From an uncultured Bacillota bacterium (GTDB lineage: Bacteria > Sysuimicrobiota > Sysuimicrobiia > Sysuimicrobiales > Segetimicrobiaceae): a DNA stretch of 64,000 nucleotides. The notes under the pieces were generated by a model. That model had not been told where the DNA came from and searched no databases. It saw only the letters and a program-made list of their open reading frames with translations. The stretch covers positions 32,001 to 96,000 of the forward strand of contig CAWDRG010000010.1 of assembly GCA_963804645.1 (NCBI GenBank). Reading direction: 5' to 3'. The position numbers and the translations under genes are program-made. This document shows positions 9,795 through 18,402 of this stretch, piece after piece. Every line of letters begins with the position of its first letter. Within the stretch, counting starts at the first letter, position 1.

Positions 9795-10328
9795 CTACTC
9801 GCCGGCGGCGCGCCGCGCCGCCGGCACCCGGGCGTGGGATCGCATCCGCGGCGACGACTTGCCGGTCTCGCGATCGGCGACTTTGCTCGCGCCGTAACTG
9901 TCCGGCTTGGTCACCGCGGCGTACCCGCTGCCCTGCACCATCCCGACGACCTCGCGGATGATGCGCTTGGTCTCGCCGCGGTCGCCGACATCGAGGTGAA
10001 TCTCGACCGGCAGCTCGCTGACGCCGTTCTTGGCCAGCTCCGCGCTGAGCTGGCTCGCCGTCTCAAGGCTGAGCGACGTCTCGTACAGAATGCGCTGCCG
10101 AAGGCTCTCGATCTTTCGGTTGCGAAACTTGTGGTAGAAGTAGCGGCCGCCCCGCCCGACACGATGGATCACCACCGCGGTCACAAAGCAGGTATCGTCG
10201 CCCAGCAGCGAGTCCGTGCCGATGATCAGATGGTACCGCTGCTCTGGCTGCTCCTGCATGTAGCCGACGAGATGCTGAAACATACGGTCAAAACTCAGCC
10301 GGCCGTGAGTCGGGCTAATGAACTCCAT
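9795..10328 (-). CDS. ribonuclease H-like YkuK (DUF458) family protein
   Basis: Likely start MEFISPT at 10328; IIGTDS, FVTAVVIHRVGRGG, EIHLDVG, KPDSYGAS..AD motifs. Confidence 0.8.
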   Translation of the reverse strand: MEFISPTHGRLSFDRMFQHLVGYMQEQPEQRYHLIIGTDSLLGDDTCFVTAVVIHRVGRGGRYFYHKFRNRKIESLRQRILYETSLSLETASQLSAELAKNGVSELPVEIHLDVGDRGETKRIIREVVGMVQGSGYAAVTKPDSYGASKVADRETGKSSPRMRSHARVPAARRAAGE

Positions 10329-10519
10329 ACGCTCACCGGGGCCAGTATACCCAAGCGGGAGGCGTCCAGGCAATCCTCGCGGCGGCCCGACGCCTCAGTG
10401 GGCCGGGGACCGGCGCGGGCGGCCCACGAGGGCGCGCGGCGCTCCGCGGGAGGGAAGGCCGCGATCCGGTCTGAAGCACCCTGCAACATCGCGGCGGGTC
10501 GGTCGACGGGGAGGATGTC

Positions 10520-11830
10520 ATGCCCAAGCGGATCACGGTGACGGCCACGGGAGACGCGCTCATCACGCGGCGGATGCCGCCGTACGAGGACGCGGCGTTT
10601 ACCGAGATGCTGCGGCTCGTGCGGTCGGCGGACGCCAAGTTCACCAACTTGGAAATGGTGCTGAGCGACTACCGCGGCACGCCCGTCGTTGAGAGCGGCG
10701 GGATGAACCTCTCCGCGGAGCCCGCCGTGGCCGCCGATCTGATGCAGATGGGATTCAACCTCACCGCGTTCGCCAACAATCATACGCTCAACTACGGCGA
10801 GGAAGGATGCACCGGGACGCTGGACGCCCTGGCGGCGATGGGATTGGTCTGCGCCGGCGCCGGTCGAACCCTGGCCGAGGCGCGGCTGCCCGCGTTCCTC
10901 GAGACGCCGCGCGGGCGGATCGGACTGGTCGCCTGCGCCTCGACGTTCTCGCCGGGACAGCGCGGCGGCGCGCAGCGTGCCGACACGCCCGGCCGTCCCG
11001 GCCTCAATCCGCAGCGCTTCGACACCCTGTACGTCGTCGATCAGGCGCACATGGACGCGGTGCGGCGCATCGCCGAGCGGACCGGCGCCGAACGCCAGCG
11101 GCAGCGCCGCATCTGGATGGGGTTCGAGCACCCGAAAAAGCGCGAAGGGGAGTTCGTCTTCGCCGAGCGCTCGTTCATCGTGGGCGAAGAGTTCGGCATC
11201 CGCACGGAGCCGCACGACGGCGATCTGGCCGCCAACACGCAGGCCGTCGGGGCCGCGAAGGAGATGTCGGACCTGACGCTGGTCAGCATCCACGCGCACG
11301 AGCAGGGCGCCGAGCGCTGGCTGCCGGCCGACTTCATCACGGCGTTTGCCCACGCCTGCGTCGACGCCGGCGCGGACATGGTGATCGGCCACGGCCCGCA
11401 CCTGCTCCGGGGGCTGGAACTGTACCGGGGAAAGCCCATCTTCTACTCGCTCGGCAACTACATCTTTCAGTTCGAGTACCTGCGGCGGCTCCCCGCGGAC
11501 GACTACGAGACCCTACGGGTCGATCCCAGCCGCACGGCGCCGGAGCTCTTTCGCGAACTGTCCAAGAACGACACGCAGAGCTTTGCCGCCGACCGGCACT
11601 ATTGGGAGACCGTGCTGCCCCTCTGCGTGTTCGAAGACCGCCGGCTGGTCCGGATCCAGCTGCACCCCCTGTCGCTTGGCTTCGGCACGCCGTGGCCGGA
11701 ACGGGGCACGCCGCGACTGGCGGCGGCGCCGGCCGCCGACGAAATTCTGGCCGCGTTCGCGTCGCTCTCGCGACCGTTCGGGACGGAGATCACGATCGAC
11801 GGGCAGACCGGCGAGGTACGAATACCCTAA
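10520..11830 (+). CDS. CapA / poly-gamma-glutamate synthesis-like metallophosphoesterase family protein
   Basis: ATGD, NLE, FANNHTLNYG, SIHAHE, VIGHGPH, IFYSLGNYIF; GGGAGG SD. Confidence 0.88.
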   Translation: MPKRITVTATGDALITRRMPPYEDAAFTEMLRLVRSADAKFTNLEMVLSDYRGTPVVESGGMNLSAEPAVAADLMQMGFNLTAFANNHTLNYGEEGCTGTLDALAAMGLVCAGAGRTLAEARLPAFLETPRGRIGLVACASTFSPGQRGGAQRADTPGRPGLNPQRFDTLYVVDQAHMDAVRRIAERTGAERQRQRRIWMGFEHPKKREGEFVFAERSFIVGEEFGIRTEPHDGDLAANTQAVGAAKEMSDLTLVSIHAHEQGAERWLPADFITAFAHACVDAGADMVIGHGPHLLRGLELYRGKPIFYSLGNYIFQFEYLRRLPADDYETLRVDPSRTAPELFRELSKNDTQSFAADRHYWETVLPLCVFEDRRLVRIQLHPLSLGFGTPWPERGTPRLAAAPAADEILAAFASLSRPFGTEITIDGQTGEVRIP

Positions 11831-11947
11831 CCCAAGGTGCCACGGTGGACACCGCCCAATTCCGCGCGTCGACGGGAACCTACTGCGGCGGCAGGCCGAC
11901 GACGATCGACATCAGCGGCGGCGCTCGGAACGGTCGCGGCGGGATGT

Positions 11948-12547
11948 CTAGAGGTCTCGGCGGCCTTCGAGCGCGCGGGCGAGCGTCACCTCATCCGCGT
12001 ACTCCAAGTCACCGCCGACCGGCAGCCCGTGCGCGATTCGGGTCACCCGCACGCCGAGCGGCTTCAACACCTTGGACAGGTACAGCGCGGTCGCTTCCCC
12101 TTCCACCCGGGGATTCGTGGCGACGACCACCTCGCGCACCTCGCCGCCCGCGACCCGCTGCAGCAGCTCGGCGATTCTGAGGTCGTCCGGCCCGATGCCG
12201 TCGAGGGGAGAGATTGCGCCCCGCAGGACGTGATAGACACCTTTGAACTCGCGGGTGCGCTCCATCGCCGCGATGTCGCGGGGGTCCTCCACCACGCAGA
12301 TCACGGACCGGTCTCGCTGGCCGTTCGTGCAGAACACGCACGGGTCGGCCTCGGTGATGTTGCCGCACACGGAACAGTGCCTGATGCGGCGCTTGCAGTC
12401 CAGGATCGCGGAGGCAAGGGCCTCCGCATCCTCGTCCTTCATCGACAGCATGTAGAACGCGAGGCGCTGCGCGGTCCTCGGCCCGACCGTGGGAAGCTTG
12501 CCGAGTTCTTCGATCAGCCGCGCGAGCGGGGGGGCGTAGGTATACAT
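11948..12547 (-). CDS. recR: recombination mediator RecR
   Basis: LPTVGPRTAQRLA HhH, C4 zinc finger, TOPRIM ICVVEDPRD, EGEATA, GLPVGGDLEYADEVTL. Confidence 0.97.
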   Translation of the reverse strand: MYTYAPPLARLIEELGKLPTVGPRTAQRLAFYMLSMKDEDAEALASAILDCKRRIRHCSVCGNITEADPCVFCTNGQRDRSVICVVEDPRDIAAMERTREFKGVYHVLRGAISPLDGIGPDDLRIAELLQRVAGGEVREVVVATNPRVEGEATALYLSKVLKPLGVRVTRIAHGLPVGGDLEYADEVTLARALEGRRDL

Positions 12548-12554
12548 CGGGCGC

Positions 12555-12878
12555 TCATCCGCCGAGGCCGGGAAGGTTCGGCAGATTCATCCCCCCGGTC
12601 ACCGCCTTCATCCGCTCCGCGGCCACGTCCTTGGCCTTTCGCAGCGCTTCGCCCGCGGCGGCCAGCACCAAGTCTTCCAGCATCGAGACGTCCTGCGGGT
12701 CGACGACGCTCGGATCGATCGAGATCGACACGAGGTCTCCGTGCCCGGATACCACCGCCTTGACCATCCCGCCGCCGGCCGTGCCCTCCACCCGCTCGTT
12801 CGCCAGCGCTTCCTGGACCCGGGCCATCTCCTCCTGGACCTTCTGGACCTGCTTGAGCATCTTCTGCATGTTGAACAT
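12555..12878 (-). CDS. ybaB: YbaB/EbfC nucleoid-associated protein
   Basis: GTAGGGMV, DPQDVSMLEDLVLAA; canonical position between dnaX and recR. Confidence 0.95.
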   Translation of the reverse strand: MFNMQKMLKQVQKVQEEMARVQEALANERVEGTAGGGMVKAVVSGHGDLVSISIDPSVVDPQDVSMLEDLVLAAAGEALRKAKDVAAERMKAVTGGMNLPNLPGLGG

Positions 12879-12920
12879 CGCTCACTCCCGACACAGCATG
12901 ACGGGCAGGACGGACCGGCC

Positions 12921-14672
12921 CTACTCGGGGCGCCGGATCTCCTGCACCGGATTGCCGAACCGACGGACCGCTTCCGAGATCAGCACGTCTTCCCCCGCGG
13001 CCGGCTCCTCCGCCGGGACGTCGGGCGGCGCCGGCGTGTCGTCCAAAGTAAACCGCAGGCGCACGGGAGCGCCGAGCACGCGCGCGAGCGCGTCCTCCAC
13101 AATCATGCGGTTCTTCCGGTCCTGCAGGTTCTCCATGTGGAAGCGGTGGCGCACCCCGAGCACGAGCTCGTTGCCCGCGAACTCCCGCGGCGAGCTCTCC
13201 AGCAGGAACGCGTGCACCGTGCGCGTCTGCGCCTTCACTTCCTCCATCACGCGCCCCCACTTGGTCTGGAGCAGCTCAAAGCTCACCGCCGCCGCGCCGG
13301 CATCCGGCGCGGGCTCGGCCGCCGACGGTGTCGGCACCGCGGCCTCGGGGGCGGGCGCAGGCGCGCGCTCCGGCTCCGCCCGCGCGGGCCGGCGGTCCGG
13401 CGGCGGGTCGCTGCGGCCGGGGCGCGGGACGCGCGTCCGCGGGGCGGCGTCCGGGGCGGCCGGCGGCGGGACCTCGGCCGGCTTCGGCGTCGGTGTCGGC
13501 GCCGGTCCTGCCGCATCGCGCGCCGGTGCTCCGCCGCGCTCCAACGCGGCGACCCGCGCCGACAGCCCGTCGAGCGACGGATCCATCTCCGGGCGTGCCG
13601 CGCGCAGGAGCGCCATCTCGAGTACGATCCGGGGCTGCGTCGTCTGCCGGGCGTCGGCCTCGGCGGCGGCCAGCAGCCGGATCTTCTGCGTGATCGCGGC
13701 CGGGTTGATCTTCGCACTTTGCGCGCGCAGCGACGCGAGCCGGGCGTCGCTGGTCTCGAGAATCCCCTGCGGCTCCGCCACCACGGCCACCACCAGCAGA
13801 TCCCGGAACTGCTCGACGAGCCCCCGCAGCAGCTGCCGCACGTCGCGGCCCTCGTCGACCGCCCGCCCCGCGGCCACCAGGCACCGCGCGGCGTCGCCGG
13901 CGATGATGGCGTCGGCCAGCTCCTGCGTCACCTCTTCCTCGACCACGCCGAGGACGGCGAGCGCGTCCGCCGTCGTCACCGTGCCCTGCCCGAACGCCCC
14001 GAGCTGGTCGAGCAGGCTCTCGGCATCGCGCAGCGCCCCGTCGGCGCTCCGCGCGATCAGGCGCAGCGCGTCGTCGTCGATCGTGAACCCCTCCTCCGCC
14101 GCGATGGTCCGGAGCCGCTCGACGATCGTGGCCTGGGGGATCCGTTTGAACTCAAACCGCTGGGTGCGCGACGTGATCGTCGGGGGCAGCCGGTGCGGCT
14201 CGGTCGTCACGAGCACGAGCACCGCGTGCGCGGGCGGCTCCTCCAGCGTCTTCAGGAGGGCGTTCGCCGCCTCCGTCGTGAGCATGTGGGCCTCGTCGAT
14301 GATGTACACGTTGTAGCGGCTGCCGACCGGCACGCGGGTGATCTTCTCGCGGAGGTCCCGGATCTCATCGATGCCGCGGTTGCTCGCGGCGTCGATCTCG
14401 ATCACATCCAACGACGTCCCGTCGCTGATCGCGCGGCAGTTGACGCACACGTTGCACGGCGTCGGCGTGGGGCCGCGCTCGCAGTTCAGCGCCTTCGCCA
14501 AGAGACGCGCCGTGGTCGTCTTGCCCGTCCCGCGGTACCCGCAGAACAGGTAGGCGTGGACAATGCGGCCCGACGCGATCGCGTTCTGGAGAGTGCGAAT
14601 GACGCGTTCCTGTCCGAACACGTCTTCGAACGTCTGGGGCCGCCATTTCCGGTAGAAGGACACGTGAGACAA
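12921..14672 (-). CDS. dnaX: DNA polymerase III subunit gamma/tau
   Basis: YRKWRPQTF, Walker A GYRGTGKTT, zinc Cys cluster, EIDAASNRG, IIDEAHML, Pro/Ala-rich linker. Confidence 0.97.
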   Translation of the reverse strand: MSHVSFYRKWRPQTFEDVFGQERVIRTLQNAIASGRIVHAYLFCGYRGTGKTTTARLLAKALNCERGPTPTPCNVCVNCRAISDGTSLDVIEIDAASNRGIDEIRDLREKITRVPVGSRYNVYIIDEAHMLTTEAANALLKTLEEPPAHAVLVLVTTEPHRLPPTITSRTQRFEFKRIPQATIVERLRTIAAEEGFTIDDDALRLIARSADGALRDAESLLDQLGAFGQGTVTTADALAVLGVVEEEVTQELADAIIAGDAARCLVAAGRAVDEGRDVRQLLRGLVEQFRDLLVVAVVAEPQGILETSDARLASLRAQSAKINPAAITQKIRLLAAAEADARQTTQPRIVLEMALLRAARPEMDPSLDGLSARVAALERGGAPARDAAGPAPTPTPKPAEVPPPAAPDAAPRTRVPRPGRSDPPPDRRPARAEPERAPAPAPEAAVPTPSAAEPAPDAGAAAVSFELLQTKWGRVMEEVKAQTRTVHAFLLESSPREFAGNELVLGVRHRFHMENLQDRKNRMIVEDALARVLGAPVRLRFTLDDTPAPPDVPAEEPAAGEDVLISEAVRRFGNPVQEIRRPE

Positions 14673-14744
14673 CGCGGATCATTCACCTCTCGCAGGTCTC
14701 GCGACGTATTCGCCGAACCTTAGGGCCACTCCTGGAGGTGCCGC

Positions 14745-15629
14745 ATTCCGCTCCGACTCTTCGCCGCGATCTCCGCCGCCGCCGCGATCATCGTGTTCCT
14801 GGACGCGCGGCCGCGTGTCGGTCCCGCGCGGGCGGCGGCATGGGCGGCCGCCTCGCTGGCCGCCGTGGCCCTCGCCGTCCCGGCCTACCTCGTCACCCGC
14901 CCGTCGCGCGCGGACACGTGGGACGGGGCCGAGATCTTAGGGTTAACGCTGTTCTTCGCGGCGACGATCCCGACGCTTGCCTTCGTCTTCCGCGGCGCGT
15001 CGGGAGACCTCCCGCCCCTGCCCGTCATCGGGGCCCTTGCCGTCCTCCAGAACGCGGTGTTCGCCGGAGGAGCGCTCTACATCGTGCGGATGAAATACCG
15101 GCTCCCCCTCGCCGCGCTCGGCCTCACCGTCGGCCGGTGGAGCCGAACGCTGGTGCAGGGCGCCGCGGCCGGCGCCGCGGCGATCGCCGGAAACAACCTG
15201 GGACAGGCCGCGACCGTCTTCGTGCTCGGGCTCTGGATGGGGCATCGCGCGGCGGACGCCGTGGTCCAGCGGGACGAGCTCCGGACGCCGGTATTTCGCG
15301 TCCTCACGCTGGTGCACCAGCCTCTCGAGCTCGCGGCGATCGTAGTGCTGGTGGGCGTGATCGTGCCGATCGGCGAAGAACTGTTCTTCCGGGGGTTGGT
15401 GTTCGGCGCCCTGCGCCGCCGCCTGAACCGCCATCTCGCGGCGTTCCTGAGCGCGCTGTTCTTTACTGCCGCGCACCTCGAGCCCGCCGCGGCGCTGTCG
15501 ATCCTGATGCTCGGGCTCGTCCTCGCCTACACGTACGAGTACACGGGCTCGCTGCTGCCCGGGATGATCGCGCACGGCGTCAACAACCTGATGGCGCTGG
15601 TCGCCTTCTACCAAAACCCGCCCGGCTAG
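14745..15629 (+). CDS. CPBP (CAAX/Abi) family intramembrane glutamic metalloprotease; start uncertain (14738/14745/14793)
   Basis: EELFFRG, FTAAH, HGVNN motifs with multiple TM helices; in-frame hydrophobic stretch extends upstream of 14793. Confidence 0.85.
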   Translation: MPLRLFAAISAAAAIIVFLDARPRVGPARAAAWAAASLAAVALAVPAYLVTRPSRADTWDGAEILGLTLFFAATIPTLAFVFRGASGDLPPLPVIGALAVLQNAVFAGGALYIVRMKYRLPLAALGLTVGRWSRTLVQGAAAGAAAIAGNNLGQAATVFVLGLWMGHRAADAVVQRDELRTPVFRVLTLVHQPLELAAIVVLVGVIVPIGEELFFRGLVFGALRRRLNRHLAAFLSALFFTAAHLEPAAALSILMLGLVLAYTYEYTGSLLPGMIAHGVNNLMALVAFYQNPPG

Positions 15630-15656
15630 ACGCGGCCGGGCGGGCGGGGAGATCTT

Positions 15657-15923
15657 GGCCGTGCACCCACCGTCGACAACTTCTCCGAGGCGGTCCCCAC
15701 GCAGCCAGCTCCGACCAGGTGTCCCCACGGCACACGAAACGCCTTACGTACCGTTGCTTCCTTCCGGACCTGGCGGGGTTGGTAAGATCTCGTTGCGCGG
15801 GACCCGATCCTCCTCACCGCTTACGCGGGCCGTTCCTCAGAGATGAGGCCTCGGGCGGGAATTCAGCCCCGCTGTAGCGGGTTGCGGGTACAGGGAACCG
15901 CTAGCTCCCCGCCTAGCACGGCC
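15657..15923 (-). ncRNA. ffs: signal recognition particle RNA, large (Alu-containing, Bacillus-type) form
   Basis: Reverse complement begins GGCCGTGCTAGGCGGGGAGCTAGCGGTTCCCTGTACCCGCAA, contains helix-8 CCGCCAGGTCCGGAAGGAAGCAACGG, terminal helix GGCCGTGC/GCACGGCC, ~267 nt. Confidence 0.95.
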
Positions 15924-15930
15924 ACCTGCC

Positions 15931-15943
15931 AGTATAGCACAGC
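15931..15943 (-). promoter_or_regulatory. extended -10 promoter of ffs (GCTGTGCTATACT)
   Basis: TGnTATACT ending 7 nt before SRP RNA 5' end. Confidence 0.7.
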
Positions 15944-16024
15944 CGCCCCGCCGCGCCCGCCCCGTGGGAGATTCGGCCTCGGCCGCCTAATGGAGACCGC
16001 GATCCTGACATCCCAGAGGAGCGT

Positions 16025-16801
16025 GTGATGAGGTCCCGGATGATCCGCGTCCTGCTGGTCCTCGCGATCGCCCTCCCGCTGCCCGCGTCGGCGGACTCGC
16101 CGGCGCGCGTGACCTGCGGGCCGCTCACCGCCCTCACGACGGGACAGAGTCCCGAGCAGCACGTCCGCATCGTGAAGGGCCCGGAGGTGCTCGCGTCGGC
16201 GGCGGAGGTCACGGACGTGCAATGCGCCTCGGGGTTCACCGGTCCGGCCCCGGCCCTGTTCATCACGATGTATACCGGCGGCGAGCACTGCTGCAACGTC
16301 CTTGAAGTGTACGCGGTCGACCCGTTTCGCCGGGTGCTCCGGTACGACAACGGCGTCGCCGGCTGGACCCTGCACCCCGCCGCCCGGGGGACGGTCGCAC
16401 TCGTGCTCAACGACGGCCACTTCGACGGCTACGACGGCCTCTCGCACTCCTACTCCCCCGCCGAGATCCCCCTCGTCGCGTGCGACCGCGGCGGGACGCT
16501 GGTCGATTGCACGCGGGAGTTCCCGGACGTCATCAAGTCCTGCGTCGGTCTCTATGTGGACGCGCTGGGCTATGCCGGCAACAATCCAGAGGACGATGTC
16601 GCCGCGGAGGGCGGAGCGCTCGGCACGTACGCGTGCCAGTTGCTCGGAGGACAGGACTCGGTGGACGCCGTCGAGCGAGCGATCGTCCGTGAGAGCGGCA
16701 ACGCGACCGCCGCACGGCGGATCGCCGCGTGGGTGCGGACCCATGCCGCGGACGTGCGTCAGTGGCTCGCCGTGCGCGGGGCGCGGCTGCTGTCACTCTG
16801 A
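16025..16801 (+). CDS. secreted hypothetical protein (8 Cys, YTGGEHCC motif)
   Basis: Signal peptide MIRVLLVLAIALPLPASA, AGAGGAG SD, coding-like codon usage. Confidence 0.7.
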   Translation: MMRSRMIRVLLVLAIALPLPASADSPARVTCGPLTALTTGQSPEQHVRIVKGPEVLASAAEVTDVQCASGFTGPAPALFITMYTGGEHCCNVLEVYAVDPFRRVLRYDNGVAGWTLHPAARGTVALVLNDGHFDGYDGLSHSYSPAEIPLVACDRGGTLVDCTREFPDVIKSCVGLYVDALGYAGNNPEDDVAAEGGALGTYACQLLGGQDSVDAVERAIVRESGNATAARRIAAWVRTHAADVRQWLAVRGARLLSL

Positions 16802-16822
16802 GCCGCGAGGTCCGCGCGGCGC

Positions 16823-17518
16823 CTAGGGGATCGTCCGAGACGGCGGAGGCTGGCCCCCGGACGCGGCCGCCAGGCGCGCCTCGCCCCGGCGCCGTGCCGC
16901 GCGCGCGTACCGCACGGTCCACAGGATCAGCACGAGGGTGATTGCACCCGACTCGATCGGCCCGACGACGAGGGCCTCCGGGATCGACAGGCTGAACACG
17001 ATCAGCACCTTGAGCGCGACCTCCGCCAGCCAGCCGATCCCCCACACCGCCGTCATCACGCGAAACACGTGCCGCGCGGCCGGGATCTGCCACAGCGCGT
17101 CAAACGCCGCCATCCGGACGGGATCGTGCCCCGTCGAGAAGTCGCGGCCGATGTAGAAGAGCAGCGGGCGGGGCGCCCAGAGCGAGGCCAGGCAGACCAG
17201 CGCCACGGCCCCCGTGACGAACGATTCCCGGATCAGAATCAGCCGCGGGCCGCCGCCGAGCAGGGCCGCCACGGCGCCGACGACGATCCCGAGCAGCACG
17301 ATGACGCCGATGATGTCCAGCGACCGGCTGCGCACGATGCTGATCACGTTCGCGAGCGCCGGGAACACGCCCGACAGCAAGAGCGCGACGGTCTGCGACA
17401 TGGCCGGGTCGTTGCGCTGGAGCAGCCGGTAGGTGAGATACGGGCAGACGACGTCCAGGAGCAGCATCGGCGCGAAGGTGCGCAGGCTCAGCCCGCTCTC
17501 CGGGTGCTGCGCGGCCAT
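16823..17518 (-). CDS. VC0807-family integral membrane protein
   Basis: Multiple TM helices; LILIRES, RPLLFY.GR, FRVMTAVWGIG pattern. Confidence 0.7.
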   Translation of the reverse strand: MAAQHPESGLSLRTFAPMLLLDVVCPYLTYRLLQRNDPAMSQTVALLLSGVFPALANVISIVRSRSLDIIGVIVLLGIVVGAVAALLGGGPRLILIRESFVTGAVALVCLASLWAPRPLLFYIGRDFSTGHDPVRMAAFDALWQIPAARHVFRVMTAVWGIGWLAEVALKVLIVFSLSIPEALVVGPIESGAITLVLILWTVRYARAARRRGEARLAAASGGQPPPSRTIP

Positions 17519-17536
17519 GTGGTGAGGTCTCCGGCG

Positions 17537-17998
17537 CTAGGGCTTCGTGACCATCATGTAGAGGACGATGAGCGGCAGCAGGGTCGCGATGCCGCCCCAC
17601 ATCGCCCACCGCTTCGACAGCCCACCGTACTCGGGCGGGAGCGTGCCGGAGCGGCGCGCGGCGTCAGACGCGGCGAGCATCCGCCGCTGGACCGGGATCA
17701 GCACGATCAGGTAGATCAGGACCGTCAACCAGAACAGGCCCTGCCCGTACTCGAGCCACGGCAGGCCGTGCAGCGGCCACGGGCGCCGCGCGGCCATCAA
17801 GTAGCCGGTCAGCGCGATCAGCACCGCGCCGGGCACCGTGAACACGAGGTCGGTCGCCGCGACCAAGCGGTTCGCGAACGCGATCGTCGCCAGGTCGCCG
17901 GTGCGGTCGGCGCGCGCCTTCCACATCGCGGTCACGATGATGTTGCCGACGAAGAGCACGGCGCCGAGAATGTGGAAGAACTTCACGACATCGTACAT
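17537..17998 (-). CDS. DUF2269-family integral membrane protein
   Basis: Start MYDVVKFFHILGA..FVG; C-terminal LYMMVTKP signature. Confidence 0.8.
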   Translation of the reverse strand: MYDVVKFFHILGAVLFVGNIIVTAMWKARADRTGDLATIAFANRLVAATDLVFTVPGAVLIALTGYLMAARRPWPLHGLPWLEYGQGLFWLTVLIYLIVLIPVQRRMLAASDAARRSGTLPPEYGGLSKRWAMWGGIATLLPLIVLYMMVTKP

Positions 17999-18141
17999 CG
18001 TCTCACCCAAAGGGTCGTCGAGGTCCTCCACGGACACGTGAAGGTCGGTCCACGCGCGTAGGTTCCGCTCTGGCCGGGCGCACTCCTGTCTTGCCCCGAT
18101 CGGCGCCGCCGGACCGTGGCGGGGCATCCGTGGCCCAGGAG

Positions 18142-18273
18142 ATGGCCGCCGCGCAGGCGGAAGCCGAGACCCGGAGTTTCTTCCGCGAGGTCTACGGCTG
18201 GATGATGCCGGGGCTCGCGGCGACGGGTGCCGCGGCGTGGTTCGTCGCGTGCGATCCCACACTCGTCCTCTGA
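18142..18273 (+). pseudogene. N-terminal remnant of a Bax inhibitor-1/YccA-family membrane protein
   Basis: MAAAQAEAETRSFFREVYGWMMPGLAATGAAAWFVA resembles first TM of BI-1/YccA proteins; stops after 43 aa. Confidence 0.5.
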
Positions 18274-18402
18274 TGTGCTCATCGACGTGGTTGACACCCA
18301 GCGATAGGACTGCGGCCGTGCGCGTGGAATCCGTGTACGGATCGCACCCCCGACGATGCCGGGGAGAGCCCGCAGCAACCCGCACCGTCGGGGAGGTGAC
18401 GT

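Noticed and set aside
12921..14672. Programmed frameshift producing a gamma subunit in dnaX
   Set aside because: No A-AAA-AAG or poly-A slippery site seen.
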